A model generated the notes under the pieces. That model worked only from the letters and a program-made list of their open reading frames with translations. It was not told the origin of the DNA and did not search any database. DNA of 58,113 nucleotides from Fistulifera solaris (Eukaryota), in NCBI GenBank assembly GCA_030295235.1, contig AP026164.1, positions 2,480,001-2,538,113 on the forward strand, read 5' to 3'. Below, one piece after another: positions 13,181 through 26,481 of this stretch (the stretch's first letter is position 1; every line of letters begins with the position of its first letter). The position numbers and the translations under genes were made by a program.

Positions 13181-14999
13181 ATGTCTATTTGTTCGAAAAG
13201 CGAACAAAGCAGTCGCGTGGCGAAAGAATTAGAGCTGTTAAAACAGCAGAAACTGGCTCGAACCCGTCGTGAATCGCTCAATGAATGTAAGTTGCATCGC
13301 TTTTTCATCTGTTATCTCTAAAACCAATCAATTGACAGAGAACATTCTCTATTTCGCAGTATCATCAGCGCCTTTGACGACCCCGGAAGAGGCGCAAGCC
13401 TTCTGGCTGCCATGCGCGACAAACAGCACGAACGCAACCTGTTGCACAACCCACCATCGACTATCGGCGCCGATGGAGTTAGTGCTTGGTACAATCAACA
13501 ACGCAAGCGTGATGAAGAGCTTCGTAGAAAGCGTAAAGAAGCCGAAGAAATGTTGCGCAACTATCGGGGAGGTCGCGCTTCGTATGGTGGTGCTTCGGTG
13601 TGTTCGAAAAGTGCGTCTCGTCACTGGGATGATGATTTCACCATGGCATCGACTCGTGTGGAAGAGCCTTTGGGTCGTGTGCGAGGCAGTAGTAGCGGCG
13701 ATATGTCAGACTCCTTGCACAATCCATTCCGACGTCCTCATCGGCAGCATGACGACGATGACTACTACCGAAACGATGAAAAGAAAACAGACGATCATCG
13801 TCATCATAGAGCGGTACAGAACGAACCTCCCGTCACCGTCTGGAGAAACTTCATTTCCAAGTCGGCCAATAGCACCTTTCCTCCCGAAAAGAATCGCTAT
13901 CATCTGTAAGTTGGTGTGCCAGTGACGCGATAGACATAATATTGGTTCGATGGCCTCACTTTCTTTCCTTTTTTGACCCGACAGCTACTTGAGCTATGCC
14001 TGCCCTGGATCGCATCGTGCGTTGATTGTGCGGACCTTGAAAGGACTCGAGGATGCGATTAGCGTTACCTTTGTTCATCCGACGTGGCGTCTCACTAATC
14101 CAAGAGATGAGAAAGACAAGCACAGAGGATGGGTCTTTGGCGACCCCAGTGGACTACCCTTTCAGAATACTATCGGTCGTGGTGGTCCCTTCCCATCCAG
14201 CTATACAAACAATGAACCTGACCCTATCTTTGGTGCCTATTCGATCCGTGAAATTTACGAGGAAGCAAATGATACCTCCGGAAAATACACAATTCCATTG
14301 TTGTGGGACAAGAAGCTCAATACTATTGTCAATAACGAATCGTCGGATATCAGTTACATGCTCAACTCGTGCTTCAATGAGTTTGCTCGCAATCCGGACC
14401 TCGACTTATACACGGAATATGACGACGCGGCGGCGCTCAAGCTAGAGAAAGTGAACGAATGGATCTCTCCTCTCATGATTCATGGTGTGTATCGATGCGG
14501 GTTCGCCAAAACACAACGTGCTTATGACAAGGCCATCAGTGAACTGTGCCGGGCGTTTGATCAAGCCGACGAATTGTTGTCGACGCAACGTTATTTGACC
14601 GGCAATACGGTAACTGATGCCGACATTCGATTGTTCGTTACACTTCTTCGGTTCGATGAGGTGTACGCTTTTTATTTTCGTGCCAATGCCCGTTTGGTTA
14701 TGCTGACACCCAGTCTATTGAACTTTTGTCGTGACATTTATCAAATTCCCGGAATAGCGGCCACGTGTGACATGGAACAAATTAAGGCGCACTTCTACGG
14801 AAGTCATGCGGAATGGAACAAGTACTCCGTCATTCCTCGTGGTCTAGGATTCATGGAATTGTTGGATCAACCGCACGACAGGGATCGATTGTCTCGGGAT
14901 GATCCTTTCTTTGACGATTCGTTTGTTTCTCCGCGCCATCAGATGCTCCCTACCATTCCCACCTCGAGCACCAATCCTTATTACGATGACAGTGAATGA
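13181..14999 (+). CDS. Glutathionyl-hydroquinone reductase (GST omega-like/Xi class, YqjG/ECM4 family) with long N-terminal extension; introns 13287-13359 and 13906-13984
   Basis: The spliced sequence reads [63 protein letters not shown] and ADIRLFVTLLRFDEVY are present. Confidence 0.9.
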
Positions 15000-15451
15000 T
15001 GTGAATGAAACGGGACGATAGACTTATAAGCTTCTTTTCTATACGAGCTCTTTTCTTTTCTATACGAGCATTAGAGCACTGGGTTATTCTGTATCTAGAC
15101 TTCTTGACGTATTGCAACCGCAACAAAACAAAAAAAAACATGTCGGGAAGCAAGTCTTCGTTATCCTCGCTGCCGACGCGCCATAGACGCAAAGAAAAGG
15201 AGTGTCGCAGGAAACGGTTCGTGACTGATTACTTTCACCCAGTCGGGGCAAGTTTTGAGAGACACTTTGTAGAGTCAATTCTGGTTTGCACCTCATCGTC
15301 GCAAATCGATATCGCTCGCTTTGTTGAGAATTACGAGTATTATTCCAGTCATTTATTTTCAAGCGAGCTACACTCGTCTGTCTTGATAAAGGAAAGATAT
15401 CAGGAAGGATTGACACAGAAAGCGAGCGACTTTGGAAACACAATACACGAA

Positions 15452-17131
15452 ATGAGAGCTTCCAGTCCTCTCGGAACGATAGATGATATCGATTCTCATC
15501 CCAATACTCCTCATTCGTATGTTGCGGGCGAAAGTGAAGATCGACTGCATCATGTGGCTTCATTATGGGGTCTCGCGGAACCGCGATTGCGTCGAAAACC
15601 CGTACGGAATTGGTTTGCGGATAGTGTGACGATGCATATGCACAGTGTCGGTGCTTTATCACGCCACGAACGGTTGGATGCGACGGGGACGTTGCATTAT
15701 GTGACCATTCGAAGGAGACGGAGACGACCCAGAGCAGAAGATTTACCCACACCGCAATACGAAACCCTCACGGATCTCTTTCAGCCGCCAGCGGCAGTCG
15801 TCTCGCCTATCGAAGTTTCGGAAGAAGAAGAAATAGTAGTAGTAGTAGAAGAAGAAGATGTGATTGTCGGAGGATCGTTAGCAGCCGCCATGTTTGGGAT
15901 TATCAAAGGCACTGTCGGGCCCGCTATCTTGTATTTACCCCACGGTGTCGTACAATCCGGATACGTGGTCGCCATTCCTTCGATTGTTCTGGCGACTATC
16001 TTGTATTTGTATTCCGCCAATACTTGTTTGTTGGAATGTTGGAACATCGAATCACGCAAACAACACGAAATGGCAACGGCCGTGGAAGAATTGTTGGCTC
16101 TCGTGTCCGAGGAACGACCGGTAGCACCACCGAAACCGACACTCTTGACGTATCCGGAATTGGCACGACGGGCTTTGGGTCCTTATTCAATACTGACCGT
16201 CATGGGCATTGCGTTCTTTCAGTTGGGTGTCTGTTTGACGTATTTGATCTTTGTTCCACACAATCTAATGCAATTGACACACAATAGTCTTCCTCGGGAA
16301 GTTTGGGTATGGACCATGGTGTTGGGGGAAATTCCCTTGGGTTGGTTGTCGGATATTCGGAGTTTGACGTGTACCAATATTTTGGCCACATTCTTGATTG
16401 CGTACGGACTGGTGGCCGTCTTAGCGTTGGCGATCCATCAAGGATGGGAGCAGGATCCTGACACGGACGAACGGCGATTTGTCTCACATTGGAAACAACT
16501 TCCACCGGTCACTGACGCTTGGTTCTTATTTGTGGGGACTTCCTTTTTATGATGGAAGGAGGCATTACATTGGTGGTGCCTTTACAGGAAGCTGTATCCA
16601 GCGCAGCAGATCGGAAACGGTTTCCTGCGGTCAATACGCACACAACATGGGGTATTGTGGTCTTTTACGTCTTGTTTGCGTGTATTTGTGCCGCTGGCTT
16701 GGGTGGTGAAGGGTTAAGCACCGCACTGACGGCGAGTTTACACGGTCATGTCGCGAACAGCGTCCAATTAGCGTATTCCGTAGCGGTCTTTTTTTTCGTT
16801 TCCGTTGCAAGCATTTCCAGCCTTGCAAGTGATCTGCCGGGCTCTATTGGGGGAGCAGCCTTCTTTGTGGTGGCGCGGTGTGTTCACGACCGCCATTACT
16901 TTACTCTTGGGTGTGATTGCCACCATAGCAATTGATTATCTGGGGAATGTCGTGAGTCTGCTGGGAAGTATGTTTGGAATACCATTGGCCTTGGTATTTC
17001 CTCCCTTGATGCACAATCGTTTGGTCGGCGACCGTGTCAAGATGAATTATGTGGTTGTGTGTTTCGGTCTGCTTGCTATGGGAGCAGCGTCTTATGCTAC
17101 CGCGGCTTCCTGGAATGAACAAGGAGGTTAA
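15452..17131 (+). CDS. Amino acid transporter (Aa_trans / SLC36-like family); start uncertain (could be 15140); frameshifts ~16545 and ~16795
   Basis: AMFGIIKGTVGPAILYLPHGVVQSG, TYPELARRALG, FFQLGVCLTYLIFV, FMMEGGITLVVPLQEA and LVFPPLMH; multiple TM segments. Confidence 0.88.
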
Positions 17132-18493
17132 TGGATGTGGAATGCGCCATGCAGATGACTGAATTGGTGGTTAATTTGTGTTTTACTAGCTCAGCCAAAC
17201 GCGCCCAAGTAACGAAGAGTGTTCAAAAAAACCTGTGTCTACATTCGCGCCATTTTCGACGGGATCTCAATATTTCGACATACTCACGACATGCGGCCGC
17301 CTTCCCTCTTCACGCACCGCAATATCTTGGCTCAAAACTAGAAACCAAGAACGGCGACGCAACCACGTGACGCCAAGACCAAGGAGCCACGACTTGCTTA
17401 GCTTTCTCTAGAAACTATAAGAACTAAAACTATTGCTCGTGGATCGTGTGCTCATCGCTCACTGTCTCATCTCTCACTCTGTCATCTGACTTCTCGGCTG
17501 TTTGCCTTGCAGATAATTTAGATCACGATTCACGATATTTGATTTGGCACTGTTCCTTGGCAAGACGGTTTTGTTCTTGTTTCTTGGTCTTCGTTTCGCG
17601 TTTCGTGCTTATTGCTTCCGAATGCCAGAAAGAGTTTTTCTTCTCAGTGAACAAACTTACCGGGTGCAGTTCTCTCCAACTTCCGAAAATGACGCCCGTA
17701 GAAAGTTTACGTAAATCTGCATCCGGTTCGATTTACAATTCAAGACTGCCCCGACCATGGGGCGTATCACTGTTACATTGAGTTTGCGACGGATGTAAAG
17801 AAAGAGTGGTTTGGTGTATCCTTCGTATGTGCAAATCCAGGAAGATCCTTAGAACTTTGTTGATTGTGTCAGTTATCACATTGAGGATCTATGCGTCAGA
17901 AAATGTGGCAAATAATGAAAAGAGAATGAAGTTTGAATATACCGTAGAAATAGGGTCAATAAACATAATGCATGTTCAAACAGAGCGCGAGGCTTGCGGG
18001 TGTGCGTCCTATTCACTAAGTACAGGACAAGAGTACCGTCTAGGTACCGTACCGTACCGGTAGCCTTAGCTTTTTAGCTTTCGGCCGCACGGCAAACTTT
18101 TCTGTTCGGTTGCGCTCCGTTCAATAACGGTACGAGTGTGAACGGACAATTATTACAGGTCTAACCTAACCTATCGGTTCATTCGTGAAACGTGCTTCCG
18201 TGACCTCTTGATCCAGTACCGTTTTGGCATTTGGCAAGATTGGAAATCGTAGCAAGACTCAAAGGTGCTCCGCCGTGTTCATTTGCGCACCTTGCTTTGG
18301 TTCCTCGCCTTTTTCTGTTGCAACGCAAGAAAAGCCCATCGGTCCCACATTCGGAACATCTTGATTGGGTACAAAGTACATCACCTTTCTTTTGCCTTCT
18401 CATTCGTTCATTCATTCATTCATAAATTGAAAAGAAGAAAGAGTCAATGAACTCACAATAAAGTTTACTATCACAAAACCAGCAACATATTCT

Positions 18494-21400
18494 ATGACGC
18501 GAAACGACGCCCACCGGATGTTTCCTCTTTCCTCGCTTCTCTTGTTTCTTTTCATAGGCGGCTTGACTCGAGCACAAACAACTACAACTACAAACGCAAT
18601 TAATGACTTTGCGGATTTCAATAGAATCTTTCAAGATGCGAAATTGCTGTTACCCGATGCCGATATTAGTACGAATGGACTCGATCTTAACATTCGTGAA
18701 TTGATTTGCAGTCAAGTCGTCATTGACGACATGGCGGTCCTTTCGCCTTCTTCTACTGTTAATACTACCATGAAATTGCAAGTCGATGTGACATTTTCAC
18801 TCACGTGTCAAGCGAATTATGCGTATTACTTTCCGCCCTTCTTTCGCGGGGATGGACGTGTCGCGGCCATGACACGCAGTAATCAATTTCAGACGCATTT
18901 AACCTTTCAACACTCGTCAGACACTGTCGTCACCGTCGATCTGTGTCAAGCACAAGTGCAAATATACGATTTGGATTTTCGGGGTGGTTTGGTGGCACGA
19001 TTGGTCGAAGTTGCCGAAGGGCCCGTGGCGAATTTATTGCAAAGCGAAATTCAAGATGCACTCTGTGAACAACTCAATACGAACGGTGGAGCGGCGCTTG
19101 AACAAATACTCAATACATTTTTGCAGCGAGTCGATCCCTCGGCACCCATCTTGTTGGCACCGAATTTAGCCGAAGCGCAAGTCTTGTCGTCCAGAAAGGG
19201 CTTGTTTGATTTTCTCAAGTACGACTGGTTTGCGCGGGGCTTAGAGCAAGTCCAGCGATACTTGGGTGCTTCAGAAGGTGGTAGCTTGGGCATCAATTCC
19301 TTGTTGAGAAATCGTCTTTTGAACGATCAAGGCTTGTTGGTGGTAAATCTAAATGATGTCATGAAGAATACGACCATATTGTCATCGCACGGACGTTTGA
19401 CAAAATCATCCATCGTACTACAGAATTTGGAAATTCAAGGATTGGATAGTTTGACGCAATTGGATGCCTTGCAGGTGGTCAGCAATTACACGGTCCGTAA
19501 TACGTTGCGGTGGGAAGCTTTGCAAGTTCGAATACAGGCGCGGGTACTAATGCAAGCATCGTCGCAAAACAATTCTCTATTTGTGATTGAGGAAGGTAAA
19601 CCGCCCAAAATGGTCGAAGAAGATATCGTCATTGAAGCCGGCCTCAATGATTTGGTTATGAATTTGAATTTACTGTTCGCTACCGATGAATCGTTCTGGA
19701 AGAACATGCTTTTGGCCAACTTGCTCGATACGTCCACAGTCTACAATTGCTTTCTGCAATCGATTCGATTATGGAATGTTACACAATTCACCGCAACGGC
19801 AGGTTCAATTGTGAGACCCACTTTATCGGGATTTGTTGATGAAGGATTGGATCGAATCGCTTCGTCAACCGTGGAAGCCTTTTTGAATTTGTTGGAACCG
19901 ACTTTTCAAGCCGCCTTGCCCAATTTGGCCCACACGTTATTGCGCGATTGGATCAATACCGATTTGTTGCCGAATTTGCGACAGGGTGTTCCATCGTGTC
20001 CGACGAGTGTGGCATGGCCGACGCCGGTGGTGGACTTTCGTGATTTGTTGTTGGCGCCGGTGCAATCGCAAGCGTTGGGTGGGAGTGGCTCACAACCGTA
20101 CGGTGATCTCGTGCAATATGCGTACGACGCTGTCACGAAGAAATTTGATCAAGTCGATGAAATGAATGATTTTTTAATTCGTCCCTTTACATCAAGTCAA
20201 TCGGGTGTCGCGGGTACGCTCGCAATTTTTCAAGAGAAAGGAGGCCTGGTGGTAGTCGATCATAGCCTTTTCGATTTGTCGCTCAGCGATTTGAAAATTC
20301 GAAATTTGGATACCATCCAGCACAATCCCATTCAAGTGTTGAATCCGACGAAAGATCCGACCGTACTTGCGAATGAAATTCAGCTTGGCAATGGTACAAT
20401 GACAAATGTGTCATCGAATGTGTCTGCATTAACGTTTGCCTTTCAAACGCAGTTTCGTTTAGGAGACTGGGTGCCACAACAACAAGTCGGATTTTCGATT
20501 ACCATTCCAAAGGTGAAAGTCGATACATCGCTCAACTTGGCTATGAATTCCACTTTCGTGTCGAACTTCCCTCTAGGTCACGTATCGAAACTTGGATGTT
20601 GGATGAAATCGATCGTCAACGAAAAGAAGGACCTGATCCAAGCCTTAAGCTTGGATATGACACCATGGCAGTGGCAGGCACAGTGTATGAACTGCTCGAG
20701 TGGCATTTTGTCGTCCGTACTGGAGAAGATGCAAACGTCGCGTATCCTCTCCGACCAGTGGCCTGCTTTGGTGACAGATATATTACAAAGTAATTGGATT
20801 GAAGATTGGCTGCAATTCAAAGTGGATTCAGCGACGTGTGCCTTAGTTCCAAACATCAGCACTGCGGTCAGGCCGACAGGTATTCCTGTGCTGTCCAATG
20901 ATTCATTGGACACTGCGTTGTTTACTGGTATCGTCTCGCTGTGGACCACGTTCCTCGTCGTGATGGAGCAACATGAAAATAATCAGCTCACCAATCATAC
21001 TACCAATTCGTCTGGTGTAGACGGTATGAATCTTATTGATTTTACAGATTTGGGAAACTCTACTGGCTTGGGTAGTTTGGCCGACGAAGCATTACAACAA
21101 GGCCGGGCATATCTGTTGAACAAAGACGAAAGCACACAAGAATTGAAAATAAATGCCTTGATGCGTGATTGGCTCCTTTCTGGCGAGGATGAAAGCGGTG
21201 ATTACGCACTGCGCGTCCCCAATATGGAACAAGTTGTTTTCCAGCAAGAAAATGGCTTGTTGTTGCGGATAGACTCTTTGGTGGTGCGTGGACTTGACAC
21301 GTTTACGCAGCTTGATTTGCTGAAACCGGTCGGCCCGCAAACTATATCCAGCGCTTTGCAGATGCGAAACCTCTCATTGCGCGTTCAGGCAGTATTAGGT

Positions 21401-24400
21401 TACAGCAGTGGCCCTCAGCAAAATCTTACTTTTTCCGTTGAATTGGAAGATTTGGAAATCGAGTTGGATCTTTTTGTGGCTTTTCCTGTTGACTCGCTTG
21501 AGAAGATACCCTTGAGATCTGTTTTGCAACTAAAGAATCTCCTGCCATGTATTTTGTCTACCGCCAAAAGCGTGGACGTCCCCCGTTTCAATGCCAAAAT
21601 TGGTACTTTATCGTCATTTCGAGTCGAGGGAATGCGCGAAAAAACCGACCAGGCAATGTTGGACTTAATCGAAGAGACACTTCGCGAGTACGAAGAAACG
21701 ATCCTGAAGGGAATACCGAAACTGGCCAGATCGACTATACGAAATCTTTTGTCGAACAAACTGTCGGACTTTATAGGCAACGCAGTTTGTCCACCATCCA
21801 CGGCCTCGTCGACGAACACGCCCTTTGTTGATTTGCGAGAGTTACTCCTTACGCCCGAAGTAAGTAAAGAAAATGGCGGGGCGGGAGATGCTCCGTATGG
21901 CAACATCTTTCCTTCAATCGCTAAATATATTGAAGACGAAATTCTCGCGACTGATCCCAAGTCGGGTGTACTAATGTTGAACAAGTTGATCGGCTCCTTT
22001 ACTAAAAGTCGGTCCGGAACAAGTGGATCTCTGTTATGGTCTGGTGATTTGATGTCGACTAATACGAATGTTGACGCTGGAGGCCTTAACGCTCGTGTTC
22101 GTCTCCGTGTATACGACGCTTTTATTCATCACCTTGATTCATTTAGTGACGAAAATATACAAATTCTGGAACCCGTCCGAAATGAACCTCATCAGATGAA
22201 TAATTCGGCTAGTATAGGCAGACGACAGCCTGTCGAAATGGGCGCAGGATTTGCCATGGAGTTCTTCAGTCCTGGTGGAACGAACATCAAAAACGACGTC
22301 AAGCTCAGTCTTTCGGCGGACGATGTTGAAATTTTATTCCGGATGCTGTTGAAGATTGTGGAGTCTTCGTTTTTAGATTTGCCTTTGGCGGCGATAGGAA
22401 ATGTGGATTGCTGGCTAGCAACGATGGAAAACCCTAAACTCAATGCATTCGGCGTTTCCCAGTCCGCGACTGCTTTGGAGCTACTTGAGCTGAGTCTTCG
22501 CGTGTCGCAGCTTAGAATGAAAGCAACATGCATCTCGTGCAGCGGCCCGAAAATGGAAGAATTTTCGAAACTACTATCAGAAACAAGTGCCGTTGAAGAT
22601 ATGACTCGTGTTGGCAATCGTGTTTTGGGCTATCTCAAAGAAATCTTAGGAGGAAGCTATCTGCAGGTCACTTTAGATCGTATGATTGCTGAGGGCCACA
22701 GAAAGTGCCCTTACGGATCTGATTATGGTCAACCTCCGCCTGTGTTTCAATCTTTACCCAAGCCTGATACATCAGAACCTATTACTCTTCTTGTGGCGCT
22801 GTTCTTATCAGGCTTCGCACTTATTACAGGTATCCTGGTTGTTCTTTGTTGCAGGCGTATGATTGTGAGAATGAGGCATCGAAAGTGGGTCCAAAGTTTA
22901 GCGGAGGAGCAGCTGTACCATGTTTGGTGCATTCAGACTGAACAAGATCAATTTGACGAAGAAGTAAACACCCTATCCAGCTCCTTGTATTTTTCAAAGG
23001 AGATTCCGAGATTCGTGCAATTTTTCATTCCAGTATCTATCGTGGGGAACATCGCTCTTTTCTTGAGCGGTCATTTGAGTTTAGGGGGCAGTGTCACGAT
23101 TGTCCTACAACTGGCTGGCGAATCATACACTGCGGACAACTTCTTTGAATTCAGCATGGCGAAAAGTGCTATAGAAATTTGGAACGGTAAGTCGCCTTCG
23201 AGTTGTCGCTCAAGTTTCCTTCAAATCATTCGAATCTTCTCATGGCTTGTGTTGTATCGTTCAGCTGGTGGAAAAGAGCTTGCTATTATGATCTTGATCT
23301 TTTCAGGCATATGGCCTTACACAAAATGTGTTGCTACACTATTCTTATGGTTTGCACCACCTCGGATGTGCCCAGTGGATCGACGGGAGAATATTTTGCT
23401 GTGGCTCGATGCCTTGGCAAAGTGGAGTTTCATTGATATTTTCATCTTGGTAATGACCCTGGCTGCTTTCCGTGTTTCGGTTCAGAGCCCGGGCGTTGCA
23501 TTTTACCCGAGTCCTTTTATTCTTTGGACCTGTTGGTGATTCCGAAATGGGGACTGTACGCCAATATGATCGCGCAACTTGTCTCGCAGATCAGTTCTCA
23601 TTTCATCATCCACTACCATCGAGTTGCCGTGTCGAGGACAAAGGAGAGAATAGCGACCAATGTTTGCACGCCCAAGACATCGATGGGTGATGCCGACGAT
23701 AATACCAGTGGTGATTTGAGTTTGTCGTCCGTAGATAGTGAAGAACGGCTATGCGAACATCGATTTGAGCGCCCTCACCGATCGGAAGATGAAAAGCTTG
23801 TCGCGCGCACTTATGTTGACCCCATTGTGACTCTTTTAACGATATCGACAATTATTTTGGTCGTCGCTGGATGTTCCGTCCCCAGCTACGGCGTGGATAT
23901 TTTGGGTATAGTGGGTTTGCTCGTGGAGTCTGGACAAGCTTTTGCGCAGGCTGTTTTTGATTATAACCTCTTCGACACCATACAACTGCTGTTTGCCCAA
24001 GCGTCATTCACTGGAAGGACTGCCGACTATATCGGGCTGGGATCTTTATCGATGATTTTACTTCTCACTGTACTCCTTGTACCTTTGATACAATCTACGC
24101 TATTGATGTACATTTGGTTCAAACCCATGGCCGCTAAACAAAGGTATCAGTCGATGGTGGCGTTGGAAGTTTTGTCAGCTTGGCAGTATGCTGAGGTCTT
24201 TTGCTTTCCGTCATGGTGGCCAGCTGGCAGCTCGGGCCCGTCTCCGAATACATGATCAATGCGTACTGCGGAAGTCTGCAAGGTTTCTTCTCGCAACTCG
24301 TTTTTTACGGTGTGGTCGAGGAACAGGATGCGCAATGCTTTCGTGTGAACACGACAATCGACACGGGATTTTTCGTTCTGGTGTCAGGAGCGGTATTACT

Positions 24401-24596
24401 AGCTCTTCTTAACACATTTGTGCTACATGCCGTCCGTCAGCAACAACGCGACAGAGCGGCGCGCTCTCCCTTCTGCGGTTCGACATTTGGATGCGGAGAG
24501 GACTTGGAACAAATCCGGAAACAGATTCATCCCGTGCCTGTATTATTCACTGATTCGTTTCGGTGGATGCTGCGCCGCTCGGACGAGGACCAATAA
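18494..24596 (+). CDS. ~2000-aa membrane protein: signal peptide, tandem BPI/LBP (TULIP)-like domains, TM helix, two PqiA (paraquat-inducible protein A)-like membrane domains; intron 23187-23264; frameshifts ~23510 and ~24200
   Basis: Signal peptide MFPLSSLLLFLFIGGLTRA. BPI-N-like VDLCQAQVQIYDLDFRGGLVARLV...IQDALC. Four internal repeats share a (G/N/H)LD(S/T) motif. PqiA motifs IFSGIWPYTK...LDALAKWSFIDIF and VPLIQ...LSAWQYAEVF. Confidence 0.8.
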
Positions 24597-24829
24597 CTTA
24601 TTTCCACAGCATTTTATAAATGAATAATAGATGTAATTTGTGAGTTATCGAATAGAGGATCTTTACTTTCATTGCGTAACTGGACTCCTCAAAAGCAGTC
24701 GTGGGGAAACGCGGAGAACACTTTGGGCTATAGTACAATGCTGGAACGTTTTCATTGCAGTAGACGATAGCAACCTCGCAGTAAATACCTGGTAAATAAT
24801 AAAGCTGATTTCTTCATGTTACAAGAATA

Positions 24830-26481
24830 ATGATGTTATTAACTATCTATTTGTTGCTCTCTGTCCTTGCTGAATGCCAAGGCTTCACTTCGCCTCTCAG
24901 TTGTCGGAGTCCTGCTTCCTTTGGAAAAAGTATTCAACAAGCGCATTGTCTCTTTCGAGCGCGGCAGGCGGCAACGAACACAAAGAGAATGCGTACTGGA
25001 CTTCCTTAACGAGTCCTTTCCCCCCAGAAACGCCTTCGGGATTGCGCGGAGAAGCGATTATTCGTGCCTTGCAATCGGGACGAACCGTCGTGTTTCAACC
25101 TCCTCATAATCTCAGTTTCGTCGTACGAGGAAAGGGTGCCGAACACTTTTTGAATCAAAAATTATCACAGCGCATCTCGTTATCGAATGCATCATTTCAT
25201 CGTGCCGCCATTTTGAATCGAAAGGGTCATGTACTCGATATTGTGGGCGTCGCCAGTGTAAATGCAACGTACGCGGTGGTATTTCCGACACATTTGAATC
25301 TCCAAGAACACTGGGGACCCACGATCTTTCCGCTGGATCAAGTGACGGTTGAAGCATCGCCATCCTCAGTTCAATGCATTTCCCTATTTTCGAGTCGACA
25401 CTGGCATATTCAAAAGGTTTGGGAGCGATCGTTGCGACACGACAAACAGCCGAGTCGTTTGTCGAGGACCAAGACGGAATACTTTCACCAAACGAGTCAA
25501 CAATCATCATCATCATCCCCACAAGTACTCTTGACGACCCCCGGCAGTATCTGGTGGCCTTCTCATACGGTTGCTGCCTCGTACACGATGCTCGTGTCGA
25601 GTAGTGAGCCATTGCAGAAATGCTTGTTTCTCGATGATAGTGTGGCATCCAGTAACAACAATTCACCAATGTGGTTAGGAGAACGAGAATATCAAGCATT
25701 GCGTATCGTGTCCGGTCAACCTTCCTTTGTTGCGTCGGTTACGTTTCCAGCAGCTACCGTTTTGGAGTGGGAACTGTCTCCTCTCGTCGATTTTGAAAAG
25801 GGATGTTATTTGGGACAAGAGCGCGTTGCCGCACAATCCGGCAATCCGCTTCCGCAGTCACTTTATCAGATCGAATTTTTGGAAGAAGAAAACAATGATT
25901 TTGTTTCTCTGCAACGTTGGCCGACAGGGAATGATACGGTTTACGTATTAGGAACTAATGAAGAATTGACTGCTGGGAAAATTGTTGAAATGGCGGAACC
26001 GGCCAGTCAAGGGACACCAGCAATGCTAGGATTGGCCATGGTAAAACGAGCTAACTCGTTGTTGAGACGAATGGAGCAACTCGAATTGGACGTCCCTCGT
26101 CCGCAAACAAATGACGACTCGTTGGTTGAAAGCAGCAGTGGTACCCGCGACAAACTCGATGGGCTCGAAGTCATTGTCAATGGTGAACTCATTGGTCGAT
26201 TGAAAACGCTTCCCTTCAAACGGCTGGGACAAGATAAGTTTCTGATTGACGATACGGAACAAGCACCTGACGAGGCAGTGGTAGAAATGGAAAAATCGGA
26301 AGCTGTAGACGCTCGAAAGGAAACAGAGGAAATGAATAGCAGCGAATCCATGCCCAGTCCTACCGCCAACGTTGACAGTCAAGCGGAACGAGAACGAAAA
26401 GAAGCCAAAATGGAGCTTTTACGGCAACGTGCCGAAGAAGCACTGGCCCGAAGACAACAAAAGAAGTCGACTGCGACATAG
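24830..26481 (+). CDS. Folate-binding aminomethyltransferase-like protein (YgfZ/IBA57 family), probably plastid-targeted (frameshift ~24925)
   Basis: Signature DFEKGCYLGQE, plus VRGKGAEHFLNQKLSQ and ILNRKGHVLD. The upstream ATG at 24830 gives the signal peptide MMLLTIYLLLSVLAECQG|F. Confidence 0.85.

Noticed and set aside
15032..15069. 17-bp direct duplication after the GST stop (a similar 13-bp duplication lies at ~55940-55970)
   Set aside because: Ordinary local slippage duplications with no sign of an inserted element between the copies.
18158..18175. Telomere-like CTAACCTAAC and similar TAAGGTTA motifs near promoters (also ~2150, ~6310, ~50980)
   Set aside because: Too short and variable to distinguish from chance without genome-wide statistics.
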